A stretch of DNA of 59,846 bases, counting the filler, from Nemertoderma westbladi (taxonomy: Eukaryota > Animalia > Xenacoelomorpha), in NCBI GenBank assembly GCA_032718475.1. It is 3 parts of 3 records of this genome, joined end to end, with 100 filler letters (N's around TTAATTAATTAA, not from the genome) between each part and the next. Parts side by side here need not be neighbours in the genome. Positions count along the whole stretch, not along the records: positions 18,178 to 40,642 come from JAUCBJ010004996.1; positions 40,743 to 59,846 come from JAUCBJ010007884.1; 1 more part is not named here. One strand, 5' to 3'. The notes under the pieces were generated by a model that saw only the letters and a program-made list of their open reading frames with translations, was not told the DNA's origin and searched no databases. This document shows positions 25,885 to 44,722 of the stretch, one piece after another (the first letter of the stretch is position 1; each line of letters opens with the position of its first letter). The translations under genes were made by a program, and so were the position numbers.

Positions 25885-27095
25885 TTAGGCGTTCAAAGAT
25901 TGCAAGAAGTTTTTATGCTGAAGGTCATTAATAAATACATAAAATTCTAGAATGTGTTATTTATTTTATGAGTTGGTGGGCAACAGCGGGCGGTATGCCT
26001 TTACAATATCTTTATTGCGTGGCTATTGTTTGATAAATTGATTGTTTAATAAAATAATGCATCATGTCCCGTAATATAGTGTCATTATCTGATGACACGG
26101 ACCCCCCCCCCCCCCAGATTTTTATACAAATCTTTATCATATTGCTTGAAATTAGAAACACAACTAGTTCCACTAACCGTCGTTGAGCCCATGAAGCCGG
26201 AATTTTTTTAATAAGCGTTTTAAAAAAGTGTCTATTGCGAAATTGCACCCTCCGTATCGTGGCCATTCTTCACATTAGTCGTAATTTTTTAATATCATTG
26301 GAAAGCTTGCGTTGCAAGGATTCGAAATATGTAACAATATCTGAATTTCGTTGAGAAACAGCCGAGATACAGGCGTTCGAAGATTGCAAGAAGTATCGTT
26401 CGCTGAAGCCCATTTATTCTATTAAATAAATAAACAAAATTCTAGAACTTGTTATTTATTTCATGAGTTGGTGCTTGGTGGGCAACAGCGGTATTCCTAT
26501 CCAATAGCTCTATTTCATATCTCTATTCATACTTAAACATAATGTTCAAGAACATTGTGTATCTATTAAATAGAATAAATGGCCTTCAGCGAACGATAAT
26601 ACTTGCAATCTTTGAACGCCTATATCTCAGCTGTTTCTCAACGAAATTCAAATATTGTTACATATTTCGAACCTTGCAACGCATGCTTTCAAATGATATG
26701 AAGAAATTACGACTAATGTGAAGAATGTCCACGATACGGAAAGTGCGATTTCGCAAAAGACACTTTTTTTAAAACGCTTATTAAAAAAATTTAAAGACAA
26801 AATCGAAAATTCCGGCCTCATGGGCTCAACGACGGTGAGTGGAACTAGTTGTGTTTCAATTTTCAAGCAATATGATAAAGATTTGTAGAAAAAGTTGGGA
26901 GGGGGGAGGGGGGGGGGGGGGGGGGGGGGGGGTCCGTGTCATCAGAAAATGACACAATATTACGGGTCATGGTGTATAATAAATGGCCTTCAGCGAACGA
27001 TACTTCTTGCAATCTTTGAACGCCTATTATCTCAGCTGTTTCTCAACTAAATTCAGATATTGTTACATATTTGGAATCATTGTAACGCAAGCTTT
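25885..27095. repeat. Foldback / long inverted-repeat structure
   Basis: ~26060-26425 is inverted relative to ~26567-26977, with a C-run facing a G-run. Extra partial arm copies at ~25887 and ~26982. Confidence 0.8.
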
Positions 27096-27444
27096 AACCA
27101 AAAGCAAGCCGCGAGCAAGACACGCGAGTATTTCTGCGTTGGCGGTGTGTACTGTGTACCTGATAAGGGTGCTAGAAGTTTAGAAATTAGCTGCTCCTGA
27201 TTTTGCATGCTTTGATTAAATATTGTGACCAAGACCAAAATTGTGACATATATTTTAGTTTAATGTTTGATTCAATTAGAGGCACAAATTAAAAAGGCTA
27301 CAAATATATAGGGGTGAATAATTAAATTAGTCACCCATTAAAAGGTAGGCAAATATAAGTTGCAATCTATATAAATTTTTAAATTCAGTAGTGTGCGTGT
27401 GTTGTGTATTGATTCCGTAGATTTCATGTTGTAATAGCGTTCAT

Positions 27445-27511
27445 CATGGAATACTGAATATAGACGGAAAAATAACACTAATGCGGTTCCGTCTATATTT
27501 AGTATTCCATG
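27445..27511. mobile_element. 67-bp P-type micro-MITE
   Basis: 25-bp TIR catggaatact(g/a)aatatagacggaa, 7-bp TSD cgttcat. Empty site in copy A at ~23346. Confidence 0.9.
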
Positions 27512-27949
27512 CGTTCATTAATTTAATTTCTATTTAATTATTCACGCATACTAATACCCACATTAAATTAGTTCGTGTGTGTTAAGTGTGTAATATTTGA
27601 TTGTTTCGTCACGAAACCATTAGGGCACAGAAACTGACGAATTCTTCGCGAATTTCGCAAACGCACAGTGGGCCAGAAACCCTGTTTTGCGGCCCAAATT
27701 CATTATTTCTAAAAATATTCATGATTTGAGCACAATTTTTAACCTGTAAGGGTTTTCGACAGCGGCGAATCTTCTGAGATGGGTTTCAAATTCTCAAATG
27801 GTAGCTTTGTGCCATTTCTGGCACGTGCCAAAATCGGCATATTTGGCAAACACAATAGACACAGGCAGAATGGCACAGATTTCGGTTTCACAAGGTTTAA
27901 CAGGGTGCTGAAGCGTTAACAAATGGTTTCAAATTCTCTAGTACCGTAG

Positions 27950-28530
27950 AAGTGACTTTTGAGCTTGTGGCACATGGCACATGTGCTAAGCATGGCACAA
28001 AATATCAAAATCTATATTGCTTCATAGAAATGTTCCATTTTCGGTATTTATAGGTTTTCAATGGTGGTGATTAGATTACAAATTGTTTCGAATTATCTAG
28101 TGGCACATAGGTGCCACTTTTTAGCATTTGGCACATGTGTTTAGCATGGCACAAAATATCAAAATATCTATTGCTTCATAGAAATGTTCCATTTTCGGTA
28201 TTTATAGGTTTTCAAAGGTGCTGATTCGATTACAAATGGTTTCGAATTATCTAGTGGCACATAGATGCCACTTTTTAGCATTTGGCACATGTGTTTAGCA
28301 TGGCACAAAATATCCAAATCTCTATTACTGCATAGAAATGTGCCATTTTCTGTTTTTATAGGTTTTCAAAGGTGGTGATTAGATTACAAATTGTTTCGAA
28401 TTATCTAGTGGCATATAGGTGCCACTTTTTAGCATGTGGCACATGGCATATCTGTTTAGCATGGCACAAATTATCAAAATCGCTAAAGCTTCATAGAAAT
28501 GTGCTATTTTAGGTATTTATAGGTTTTCAA
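27950..28530. repeat. ~154-bp tandem array (~4 units) in the Transib 3' region
   Basis: atggcacaaa(a/t)tatc recurs at ~27992, 28147, 28300 and 28461. Confidence 0.85.
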
Positions 28531-30477
28531 ATGATCCCAAGCTTATCAGTATACTAAATTTTAAAATATTTTGTCAACATCAAATGGTTTCAGAAGATGT
28601 AACACATCTTCAGGAATTGCAGTCCTTTTGATGTTGTTGGTAACGTTACGTAGTGATGAGATATATGGGTCTGATGAACAAAGCAATCGGTTCATCAGAT
28701 CACGGTTCGTATCAACCCTTGAAGATTTCCGTGAGAAACCCTCGCTGAACCTCTTGAAATCTTTGTTTCGAGCTTCCTGTGCCTCTTCACTATACATGCC
28801 TATTGGCAAGGACAAAGATTTAATTGCAAGGTGTCCATGGATTAGGACCTTATACATTGATTGTGGCATGTAGTACCATGGAAAAAGGGTTATATAACGT
28901 CTAGCTGTTTCAAGGGCATATTCTTGAAATTTGTCAGCATCAACATCGAAGCCACAACAAAGAGAAATTAGGATGTTGTGCAGTCGATCTAGGAATGATT
29001 TGTCGATGCCAAGTATTCTGGCAGAGACCTCAGCATTTTGGAATACCCTTCTTAAGCTGTATTTCCATCATTGGAAGTACCAGAGCCACCAGATTTGGGT
29101 TGATCTATGATTAACCCAAGTTCAGTATGAAACTGGTCTTGGATCAGTGCTTTCTCCGTTTTCATAATCTGCTTTGCAGTTTAACCCCTAACAGACCATA
29201 CTTTAAGTGTTCTTCTGTAGGCTATATGCAGCAAGCATTCCAGAAAACGGATCCACTGATGAAGTGTGGAAAGACCATGGTGGTACATGGAGTTCTTTTC
29301 TGTGACGTTTCTCTTCAACAGAAGGTCAATTTCATTCATAAGTGAAGGTGTGGCGCCACACAAAGAACAACTTTGGCTGCTGTCAGTCATATCAGACAGC
29401 GCGGTGTGTACCTTGCCATCTATCATTGTTACATCAATGATGTGCATTACTGAGAGCTTAGACAGAGAGGTATCAGCAGGGATGACTTCACTACAGCTTG
29501 ATTTTACATCAGCTATCTCTTTAAATAGCCTCTCTTGCTCATCGGTGATTCACTTAGTTGTTTCTTTGGTATACTCGAAGCGAACTGGTCTACAATATAA
29601 GGTAGACGAAGGATGGTGGTTTCGCCATACAACCTTATGATGTGGGCTGCATTCTGTAAAAGCTCGGAGTTCCAGTGGAACCAAGCATGTAATAAATATG
29701 GATGAGTCATCAGCAAAGTTTGTTCCAGAACTTGGAAGCTGTTTGTATGAGGACTGTCCAGTGCTCCCATCAAAACCCACCTTGCTTCGCAACACCATTC
29801 GGCAAATATCGCCCGTATTAGTGATGATTGAGTGAATTACTTCACTACTAGTGTATCAAATACGTTTGGTGGTATGCTCAAGCAGGTTTTGCAATGGGAC
29901 AGATGCCTGATAATCCTGGGAAATTATTCCTAATGGGTAACACCTATTTTTGGCTTCCCGGACGTGATTGTATGCTGGGTAGATGTTGACACCCTTAGAA
30001 CATGCTTTGTTTCTGATTATCTGGTACATTGATTTACTTAATTTTCCATCAAGCATTAGTGCAAGAGCTTCATCATCAGAATATACTATAGATGATTCGG
30101 GCTCGGTAGAAACATGCTTGATTATTTCAGATGTACGTTTTCTACCTTCAGCTTTCAAGGCAGCTGCAGTTGCTGCGACAAGAGCAGGAGTTTTAAATTC
30201 CGATGTTATTTCCTGTACGATATATGTATTTCCAATAAGAACCATTATTATTATATTGAAACTTAAGGGCCCCAAAATTTACTGGAACCAAACAAGTAAT
30301 ATTGCAAAGGAGATTCAGCAATATCAAATTTGTTATTAAATTTAATAATTTTAACTGAATTATAATATAATACATTATAAATAAAACTGATTACTTTGAT
30401 AAACCAGAGCTACGGCACTACGGCGACATTAGTGCACTACTTTATATGTAAAGGAGAAGACTGCAACAAGGAGTAAA

Positions 30478-31775
30478 ATGTCACATTCCCAATCGACTAC
30501 CTCTACCAGCAAGGCTCCCGGTGCTGATTCTGAAAAATTAAGACAGCAAAGCACGCTGGATGCAGTAATAACCCGAGACGAAGCAGCAACAAATCCCTGG
30601 TGAATCCACAGGCGGCGGCAGTTCCACCACAAAGTGGATTGCGCAACGACGGACTTAATGAAATCGAGGTTGTCTGCTCCGGCGCATCATGCAGTGTTGC
30701 AATGATCTGCATCGCTAAACGAGGCACAGATTTCGGCCTTGTTGATTTCTACTGTGGACAATGTGTTGGTCAACGTCTAACAAAGGTTGCCAAGGATTTT
30801 GAAAAGCTAGAATTGCGACTGGATGATAAATTACTTCAATTCGAAGAAGAAGTTGAGCACCTTCGTATGCAATCGATTAGACAGGAGCAAGTAATTGGAG
30901 ATAATAATCAAAAGGCTCATACGAGGATAAATGAGTTGCGAGATGTTATTGGAAGTAAAGCAGAGGAAAGTCAAAAGAAGATAGATGATCTTGAAACTAA
31001 AGTAATGAATGTTAAGGACTGCACCAACAAGTATAATGTCAGTAGTCAACCGGAAGAAGTCAATGGTGGCCAATGGACCAAGGTATCATATTCTGCGAAG
31101 GTAAAAACACCTCGAAATAGTAATGGTACGAATATCGCCATTCTCTCGAAACAAATAAAATTAGAGGAGGAGGAACATAACAAACGCAAAACGAATGTTG
31201 TCGTTAAGGGATTGAGAGGTCACGATGACAAGGCACAAGTTATTGACATTGCTGCATATCTGGACATCCAATTATCCAAAGAAGAAATAACGACTAAGCG
31301 TGTATCCAAACAGCCATTGTCTAACCAACAAAGTAAACTGCTGATAGTAACTGTTCCACGGGAGAAAAGATCATCTCTCTTAAGGAAAGCTCGAGAATTG
31401 CGTCACTCTGATAGATATGACAATATATATATTACACCGGACTATACCCCAGAAGAAAGTAGATCACAGTTCGAGTTACGTGAGGAACGGCGGCGACTAA
31501 TGGTTGCGTACCCAGATAAATACTGGGTAATAAATAAAGGGTCGGTAGTAGAGAGTCCACGGAGCACAATTCATAGGAGTAAGTCTGTTATGGTCAAACC
31601 GTCAAATGGTCCGGCAGATATCACTACTCCGTCATCGCAGGCTGACCACGACGCGACAACAACAGCTCACCAAATAGTTGATCTCACCAACCCCTCTCCA
31701 AACGCCCACTCAAATAGTGAACAGCAATCTCGCACTCGGCAGAGCTTTGAGGACCTAGTTACAAAGACTGATTGA
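30478..31775 (+). CDS. LINE ORF1 (Cys-rich PHD-like N-terminus, coiled coil, RRM-like domain); probable frameshift near 30595
   Basis: VVCSGASC..C..FYCGQC, heptad region, NVVVKGL, IYITPDYTPEE. The ATG at 30478 is out of frame with the long ORF from 30600. Confidence 0.82.
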
Positions 31776-36912
<5,137 letters not shown>

Positions 36913-39056
36913 TTTTTATTTAATATTGTTCAAACTTTTTAGTTATTAATTAATTCTCTGTACGTAGCCTTTTTAGTTGGTTTCAAATAGTTTTTAAGCG
37001 CCTTGAAATATGTTCAGAAAGGCGCTATATAAATATATATTATTATTATTATTATTATTATTGTTTCGTACGATCTGAAGCTTCCCCAAAGTCTATTGTT
37101 CTTCTACCTGATTTATTTTTGCGAGAAAAATAATTCTTTTCTCCCGCCTCAACACTCATATGATCTTGCTGATGTTGTTGTTGCTGAGGTGTAACTGGCG
37201 ATGGTAAACAATCACCTTCAGCTACAAAGGACGAATGAAGCCATGTATAATTTTTAGTTTCGAATTTAGACAGGATTCGACATGCTGATTGCCACTTAGC
37301 TCTGTACTTTATTAAGAATGTTCTAAGAATTTTACCAACTTTCAAAGATGAGGCAGATGGGTTCTGCTCCATGACAAAATTTAAAAGAGCATCAAATTGA
37401 GTAATTGGGGATTTTCCCTCTAGGTTGGACCTGATATAATTATGTAGATCAATCCGCAACATTTTGTTTGTATTAATTATTTTACTTAATATTTAAATAT
37501 TATATTTGTGATAAGATGTATTTATAGATTCTCATAAACTTTTAAAAAATGTGCTGTAATTTTAATTTATAGAGTAAGAAGTGATAGCAGAGCCAGAAGT
37601 GATTGCAAAGCAAGTTAACTCAAGATTATATAAGTCAATACTTGTATTTATTATACTAATTTAAGTCACATTGTGCAGTACATCGCATTATTCAAGTGAC
37701 TGTCTGACTATGAATATAATTATCCAACATGACAAAGAAGTATTATACTTTCCATGCTTCTGCTTATATAAGACGATACCGGTATTTTATATACTAATTT
37801 AAAACACATTGTGCTGTGGAGTACATCGCATTATTCCAGTATCCAGTAGTGACTGTCTGACTGTGAGGTATAATTCTCCAACATGATAATGAATCATACT
37901 TTCCATGCTGCTCCTTTATAGTGGAATTGGCAGTACAACCTACGCAATTAGCCAATCACAAAGCTCATGCAATAACAACCTCAATATTACAGAGCCATTG
38001 AGATTGGCTAAATGAAACCAGATAAGAATAGTGAGTAGAGTAGATGATGGTGTCATGGCACTCAGAGAACCTGCAAACAGCCTAAAAGTCAAAATATCGT
38101 AAAATTCTGCTGGTCAACTTTTTTGATTTCTCATAAAAGTAGCAGATGATAGCAGCTAATTTTTGATGTTTTTCAACCAAGAATGATCGAGTAACAAAAT
38201 CTGATAAAAATTTTTGCGGAGCTCAGCGGAGCTTTTTTTCCCTGGCTTCCTAAAATTTAAAATTATCACATTTTGTAAATATTTTAGAACATTTTACAAT
38301 ATAAATTTTAAACTATTGCCCCTACCAACTCGATTGTGTCATTTTTGAAATCTACTGGAAGAGTAGAACATTTTGAAAAAAAAAATTTTCAATTTGAATA
38401 AAATGTTTTGATTTTATTGGAAAAATATTTATTTTGTGTATAAAATGTGAAAATTGTGCAAAAAATTCTAGAATTTTGAAATTTTTGCCAAAATCAGAAA
38501 ATTTTGAAATAAAAAATTTTTTTTTTTGCTTTTTTTAGTCAATATATATATCACCTTTAACTTGGGATGCCAAAAAAAAAATTTGAAAACATTATTTTTT
38601 TGGAGTTTTGACCACCTCTGGCCCACTGTGAAACGTCGCAAACTTCGGGAATTTTTTCTACAATTTTGACTCTTTAAGCAAAAGGGTCCCGAATGAGTTT
38701 TTTAACCTTTATTTTTTTGTGATTTTGAGTGCTTTTTTATATTAGTGAATGTTCTAGAACCTTAGTAGATTTTTTATGGTATATAGCTAGTATTTTTTAC
38801 TAGCTATTAATTTTTGGAAATTATTTTGGTCATTAATATATTCTTCAACAGTTTAACCTGAAATATCATGGACTTTCACATTTTTTATAATTTCAAAAAA
38901 TACTAGCTAGCAAAAAAACACTAGCTATCATAAAAAACATATCTACTAATGTTGTAGAACTTTCACCAAAACCAAAAAAATTTAAAAACTCTAAAAAAGG
39001 ATTGGTGGAAAATGGCTGGGGTGTCGACAGGGCGAAGTAGGGACCGTGTTGCTTAA

Positions 39057-40221
39057 CCCCTTAGAGCCTAATGACGTCCACTGCACGTCACCATGGACAG
39101 CACGAAGACGTGCAGTGGACGTCATGCTGGAATACATGTTTTATTGGAAGGCTCTTGGAGTAGGTATACTGGTGGATAGTATTAATGACATTTATTGCTC
39201 TTCATGGCAAAAAATCCATTCTGTACTGTAGATAGGCTGTATTGTAGACTGTATTATTAGTGTTAGGTATATGGCGTAATGCCAACCACAGTACAGTAGT
39301 TCAGACTGACAGAGAGACCGACAGACAGACAGACTAGATTTATGTAAACGTGTAAACTGACATCAGAAATGAAATCAGCAACCCTTAAAACCCCCATAGC
39401 GAGAATGTTGGTTAGTTAGTATACTTTCTTAAGTTTTCACAGACTGACTGACAGAAAGACCGACAGCCAGACAGACTAGATTTTTTTAAACGTGAAAACT
39501 GACATCTAAAATAAAATCAGCACCCATTAAAACCCCCATAACGAGAATGTTAGTTAGTTTGTATTCTTTTTTAAGTTTTGACAGACTGACTGACTGACAG
39601 AAAGACCGACAAACAGACAGACTAGATTTATGTAAACCTGAAAACTGACATCAGAAATGAAATCAGCACCCCTTAAAACCCCCATAGCGAGAATGTTAGT
39701 TAATTTGAATTATCTTTTAAGTTTTGACAGACTGACTGACAGAATGACCGACAGACAGACAGACTAGATTTATGTAAACGTGAAAACTGACATCAGAAAT
39801 GTAATCAGCACTCCTTAAAACCCCCATAGCGAGAATGTTAGCGACAAGTTTTAATTATTAACCATATTTCGTAAGATATATTTTAAAACATTTATTTATT
39901 AATAATGCAATAACTGAATAACCAGATAACGGAAAGACAAATCGAATTGAAACTTTTAATTACTAATAATAATTGTGGTGAGAGGTGATGGAAATCAAGA
40001 ATATATGTTATGTTATAGAGCACGCGTTGGTAGGCACAGGCAAATGAATTGATGTCTGTTGAGATGTATTGAAGGAGCACTATTCCTTCTACTGGACTAC
40101 TATGTCCTTGTGTACTAGCCTAGGCACTGGCTTGGTCAAAGACTTTAGCTTGCAGTAATGTAAAACTTCAAGAAATATTATTGGGCACGGCTGCCCTTGC
40201 CATGCCTTAGGCTCTATGGGG
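39057..40221. mobile_element. piggyBac-like MITE with an internal ~140-bp tandem array (39300-39840, 4 units)
   Basis: TIR cccc(t/a)tagagcctaa 14/15. TTAA is present on the left flank only. Confidence 0.65.
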
Positions 40222-40642
40222 GAGAATGGAATCAGCGTATGAATTTACAATGTTAATTATGTTTAAATCAATTAAAAATACATTTATTAACGCAAATCAC
40301 TTGAAAAAATAAAAAACTATAATGGGATGGGGTACATGGATTCCAGATATCTAATTTCAGTGCAAAATAACTTTAATCGTATGGTGCTAAACAATTAATT
40401 TCCATGGAGAGACCGTTCAAAATGACTCAACCATACAATTTAGCTGAAGATATTAACTTCGATTATGGCTTCCGACATTTATGGCTACCGACACACACAC
40501 ACACCACACACCACACACACAGACTTTTGAAAAACGGCCATAGTATAATTATATCAGTTCGCTGATGGCTCGCCATACGTGTCTCGCCCCACATACACTC
40601 AAGGCTTTTCTTTAACTGCTTCTTTCGACTCCCTGTATCAAC

Positions 40643-40742
40643 NNNNNNNNNNNNNNNNNNNNNNNNNNNNNNNNNNNNNNNNNNNNTTAATTAATTAANN
40701 NNNNNNNNNNNNNNNNNNNNNNNNNNNNNNNNNNNNNNNNNN
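40643..40742. other. Assembly gap with artificial linker
   Basis: N-run with central ttaattaattaa. Confidence 0.97.
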
Positions 40743-41924
40743 TAATATAGCGAATTGTTGCAGTCTAGCTTGCTTGTTACCAAGGCATGTATAAGAGTCT
40801 CTAGAGTGTCCTTCTGTAAACATTTTCTGATTTTGGACAGGTTCCGAAGGTGGAAGAAGGAATCTCGCACAGTGATGGCAATCTGTTTACTAAAAGACAA
40901 ATGAGCGTCTATGTAGAAGCCAATGTCACGGGTGTCACTGCTACATTTTACTCTATTGTTGCCTATTTGTAGACAAGGCGGGTCTATCTGACATCCAAAC
41001 CGTGATTGCAACAATAAACATTCTGTCTTGTCCGTATTCATCTTGAGTAGATTTGTATTCATCCAGCTCTGTATGTCACGTAAACATTCCTCGGTAACTT
41101 CTACTGCCGCACCCAGATGTGATGGTTCAAATGCAATATATATTTGAGTGTCGTCGGCATATAAGTGATATGTTAAACCATGCTTTAATATGACAGACGA
41201 CAGGGAGCGAGTATATATTGTGAAAAGTAAGGGTCCTAAAACGGAACCTTGAGGTAAGCCATACTTCAGGTCTTTGAATTTCGAGTACGCGTCACCAATA
41301 AGTACCTGTTGTTTACGTCCTGAAAGGTATGAACGAAACCATTGCAGTGCATTATCTTTTACCCCAATATCATGTTCTAGAATATTCAGTAAGATACTGT
41401 GTTCCACCGTATCAAAGGCCGCGCTTAGATCCAATAGTATAAGTAGCACAGCTGACCCGCTATCGATACTTCGTAGTACATTATCAGTAACCGACAGTAA
41501 TGCAGTTTCAGTACTATGTAATGGTCGATATGCACTTTGCATTGGCTCATTAAGAGAGTTCATATCCATATGTTTCATTAGCTGTATAGCTACGGCCTTC
41601 TCAGTTAACTTGGCTATGTATATGAGATGTGAGACTGGTCTAAAGTTCTTAAAAACTTCCGGGTCCAGACGCAGCTTCTTCAGTACCGGCGATAATACCG
41701 CTTCTTTGAAAAGTTGTGGAACTGTAGAAGTTGAAAGTGACAAATTAATAATTATTGTGATAATGGGTAGAAGTAACTTGATGGATAATTTAACTAAACG
41801 CGTTGGCATCGGGTCACACGGACTAGATTTCGATTTTGAGTTGTTTATTAGAGCTTCAGTATCAGCTGTGGACAGGTCATCAAATTTTCGGAAGGAATTG
41901 TTTGGAGATTCAGTTAGAGCTGCT

Positions 41925-42110
41925 GCCGGAGTAACCATTACCGCATTCGGATCCGCTGGAGTAGCAGTTACCGGATTCGGACCCGCTGGAGTAACGGTTA
42001 CCGGATTCGGATCCGTTGGAGTAACCGTTACCGGTTTCGGACCCATTGGAGTAACGGTTACCGGTTTCGGAACCATTGGAGTAATGGTTACCAGATTCGG
42101 TACCGCTGGT
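41925..42110 (-). repeat. Second array of the same 30-bp unit (~6 units) in the APE-RT linker
   Basis: Same unit as 43355-44035. Confidence 0.92.
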
Positions 42111-43354
42111 GTCTGTTGTAAATAATCCCGTATGTCTGTTATTTTCTTATCGAAAAAGTCAGCAAATCTGTTCGCCAGCTCCTCTTCACTGTCTGCGTCG
42201 GGTAACTTTGTTTAAGTCTTCCGGTACAGTATTGTATCAATTACTGAGAATAATTTCTTTTGATTACCCGCATTTTCTTTTATTATGTCCCGATAAAATG
42301 TTTCTTTTGCTGTAACAATAATATCAGAAACGCGTTTACACTGATCTCTATAAGCAGTTTGATCAACAATAAGTTTAGATTTTCGATACTTCCTCTCTAA
42401 TTGTCGCCGTTTTCTTTTCTCCTCTGCAATGTTATCGTTGTACCACTCTGACTCGGGACGTCTTCGCACGGTTTTCCGCATTGCCGGAGCATGTTTATTC
42501 ATTATCATGGATAATGTGTCATTGTATTGAAGCAACATATCATTGAGATTATCAGAGGGAGTTTGACATAACGGTGATGATTCTAGATCGTATGTAAGGT
42601 GATCCCAGTTAATTTTTTTAATGTTTCTATATGTAAATGATTCAAGGGGCATTTCTGGTTTAAGCAGATCAATATCGAAATGTACAGCAAAATGGTCGGA
42701 TAATCCAATATCTTCAATGTGGATGTTTTTGATAGTTTTCTCATCATCTGAATGAACCAGAATAAGGTCAAGAGTGTGCCCATGTCTGTGAGTTGGCTCC
42801 GTTAGTAACTGCACCAACCCAAAACATTTGATTAGGTTGCCGAAATCATTAGCATCTTTGTCGTTCTTGTCATCCACATGAAAGTTAAAATCCCCCAATA
42901 AAGTAATCTTCCCAGCCATGATGATTATGTGCTGCATGAAATCTGCAAATTGGTCAAAGAATTGCTGTACAGTTAATCCATTTGTAGCCGAGGGGCACGT
43001 CCGATATACTATAATAATCCTCATCAATACCCCAATATAAATCATTGTAAATTCAATATATTCAAAGGTCGAGTAAACTACACAATTGGCGCTTTTCTTT
43101 AGTTTTAGAGTCTCGTTGTGTATACAAGCCACACCTCCTCCCCTACATCCGGTGCGGGCTTGACTCTGCACTGTGCCACCAGTGGGGCATATTTCATTAA
43201 CTATTATGTCATCATCCACATCACCCCTTAACCACGTTTCGGTAATAGCAGTTATGTCAAATTTCTCATCTACTATGTAGTCCTTTATTACCGGAGCTTT
43301 GTTAACAATGGATCTAGCATTGTATAAGCAACAATGTATCAGCTGAGATCTGGA

Positions 43355-44035
43355 ACCAACCGGTATCGGACCCGCTGGAGTAACGGTTGCCGGATTCGGA
43401 CACGCTGGAGTAACAGTTACCGGATTCGGACCCGCTGGAGTAAGAGTTACCGGATTAGGACCCGGTGGAGTAACGGTTACCGGTTTCTGACCAGATGGAA
43501 TAACGTTTCCCGTATTCGCATTCGGACCCGCTGGAGTAACTGTTACCGGATTCGGACCCGCTGGAGTAACGTTTCTCGTATTCGGACCCGCTGGAGTAAG
43601 GTTTTGCGTATTCGGACCCGCTGGAGTAACGTATCCCGTATTCGGACCCGCTCGGGTAACTTTTCTCGTATTCGGACCAGCTGGAGTAACAGTTACCAGT
43701 TTCGGACCCGCTGGAGTAACAGTTACGGGATTCGGACCTGCTGGAGTAACAGTTACTGGATTCGGACCCGCTGGAGTTACAGTTACCGGATTTGGACCCG
43801 CTGGAGTAACATATCCCAGATTCGGACCCGCTGTAGTAATGTATCCTGTATTCGGACCCACTGGAGTAACGTTTCCCATATTCTGACCCGCCGGAGTAAC
43901 GTATCCCATATTCGGACCCGCTGGAGTAACGTTTCCTGTATTCGGACCCGCTGGAGTAACGTATCCCATATTCGGACTCGCTGGAGTTACGTTTCCCATT
44001 TTCGGACCCGCTGGAGTAACGGTTTCTGGATTCGG
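43355..44035 (-). repeat. In-frame 30-bp minisatellite, ~22 units, (VTPAGPNPVT)n, N-terminal to APE
   Basis: Recurrent ttcggacccgctggagtaac on the + strand. Confidence 0.95.
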
Positions 44036-44722
44036 CACCCAATGAACAGATCGACATGCAGTACTTGGATGTAGGGGTAAACGTACGGATGGTTGTCAAT
44101 CCAGATCAACCTGCAGCTGCCCTGCAGACCCTGGATTGCTCGGTGTAAGAGTAACCGTTGATTCCTCAATAACAGAAACATCAGTGTTAGACAGACCATT
44201 CTGTGGATGCTCCGCATCCGAACATGCACTCCTCTTTAGTGCACTGGAGTCCACAACTTCATTCTTGTAGATAACCCAATGGGTTTTCGGATCTGTAGCT
44301 ATCAAGTCTCGTCGTCGTTGACGCAACTGAAATTGTAAGGTACTTTCTGCAGGAGTGTAGTCGGGCGATATATAGACCTCATTATAACGTCTGCATTTAC
44401 GAAGCTCTCGAGATTTCTTCAGTATAGCAGCGCTATATGTTACTACTAAAGTGTGTTTACAGTAGCGAGTCGCAATTGTGAAAGTAGCCCTAACTCTCCA
44501 GTAAGAACCTGAAGTAAATCTAAGCCTTTGGGACGGACGGTGGAGTGACTCGCGCTGGTTGTTGTGGTCGTTGTGGAGCTACGACGTTGGCGATAGGCAC
44601 ATCGGCGAAAGTACACCAGCGCTGAGGATCTTGCGCTGTCCAGGGGCCGAGAGGGGTAGGCAGCGACGCCCGCTAGCCTAAATATAAACTCATTATAATA
44701 TTGATAAACTCATATAGCGGAT

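Larger units (their letters stand above)
40743..44433 (-). mobile_element. L2-group LINE #2 (5'-truncated in ORF1, 3' end lost in the gap)
   Basis: ORF1 tail VYISPDYTPAES..QFQLR is homologous to LINE #1. ORF2 (APE + RT) reads in one frame 44095-40743 with a single internal TAA at 42212. Confidence 0.93.

Noticed and set aside
27680-28560. RAG2-like partner gene (ProtoRAG-type element)
   Set aside because: The region 3' of the transposase is under 0.9 kb of non-coding tandem repeat, and the transposase N-terminus is Transib-type without a RING domain.
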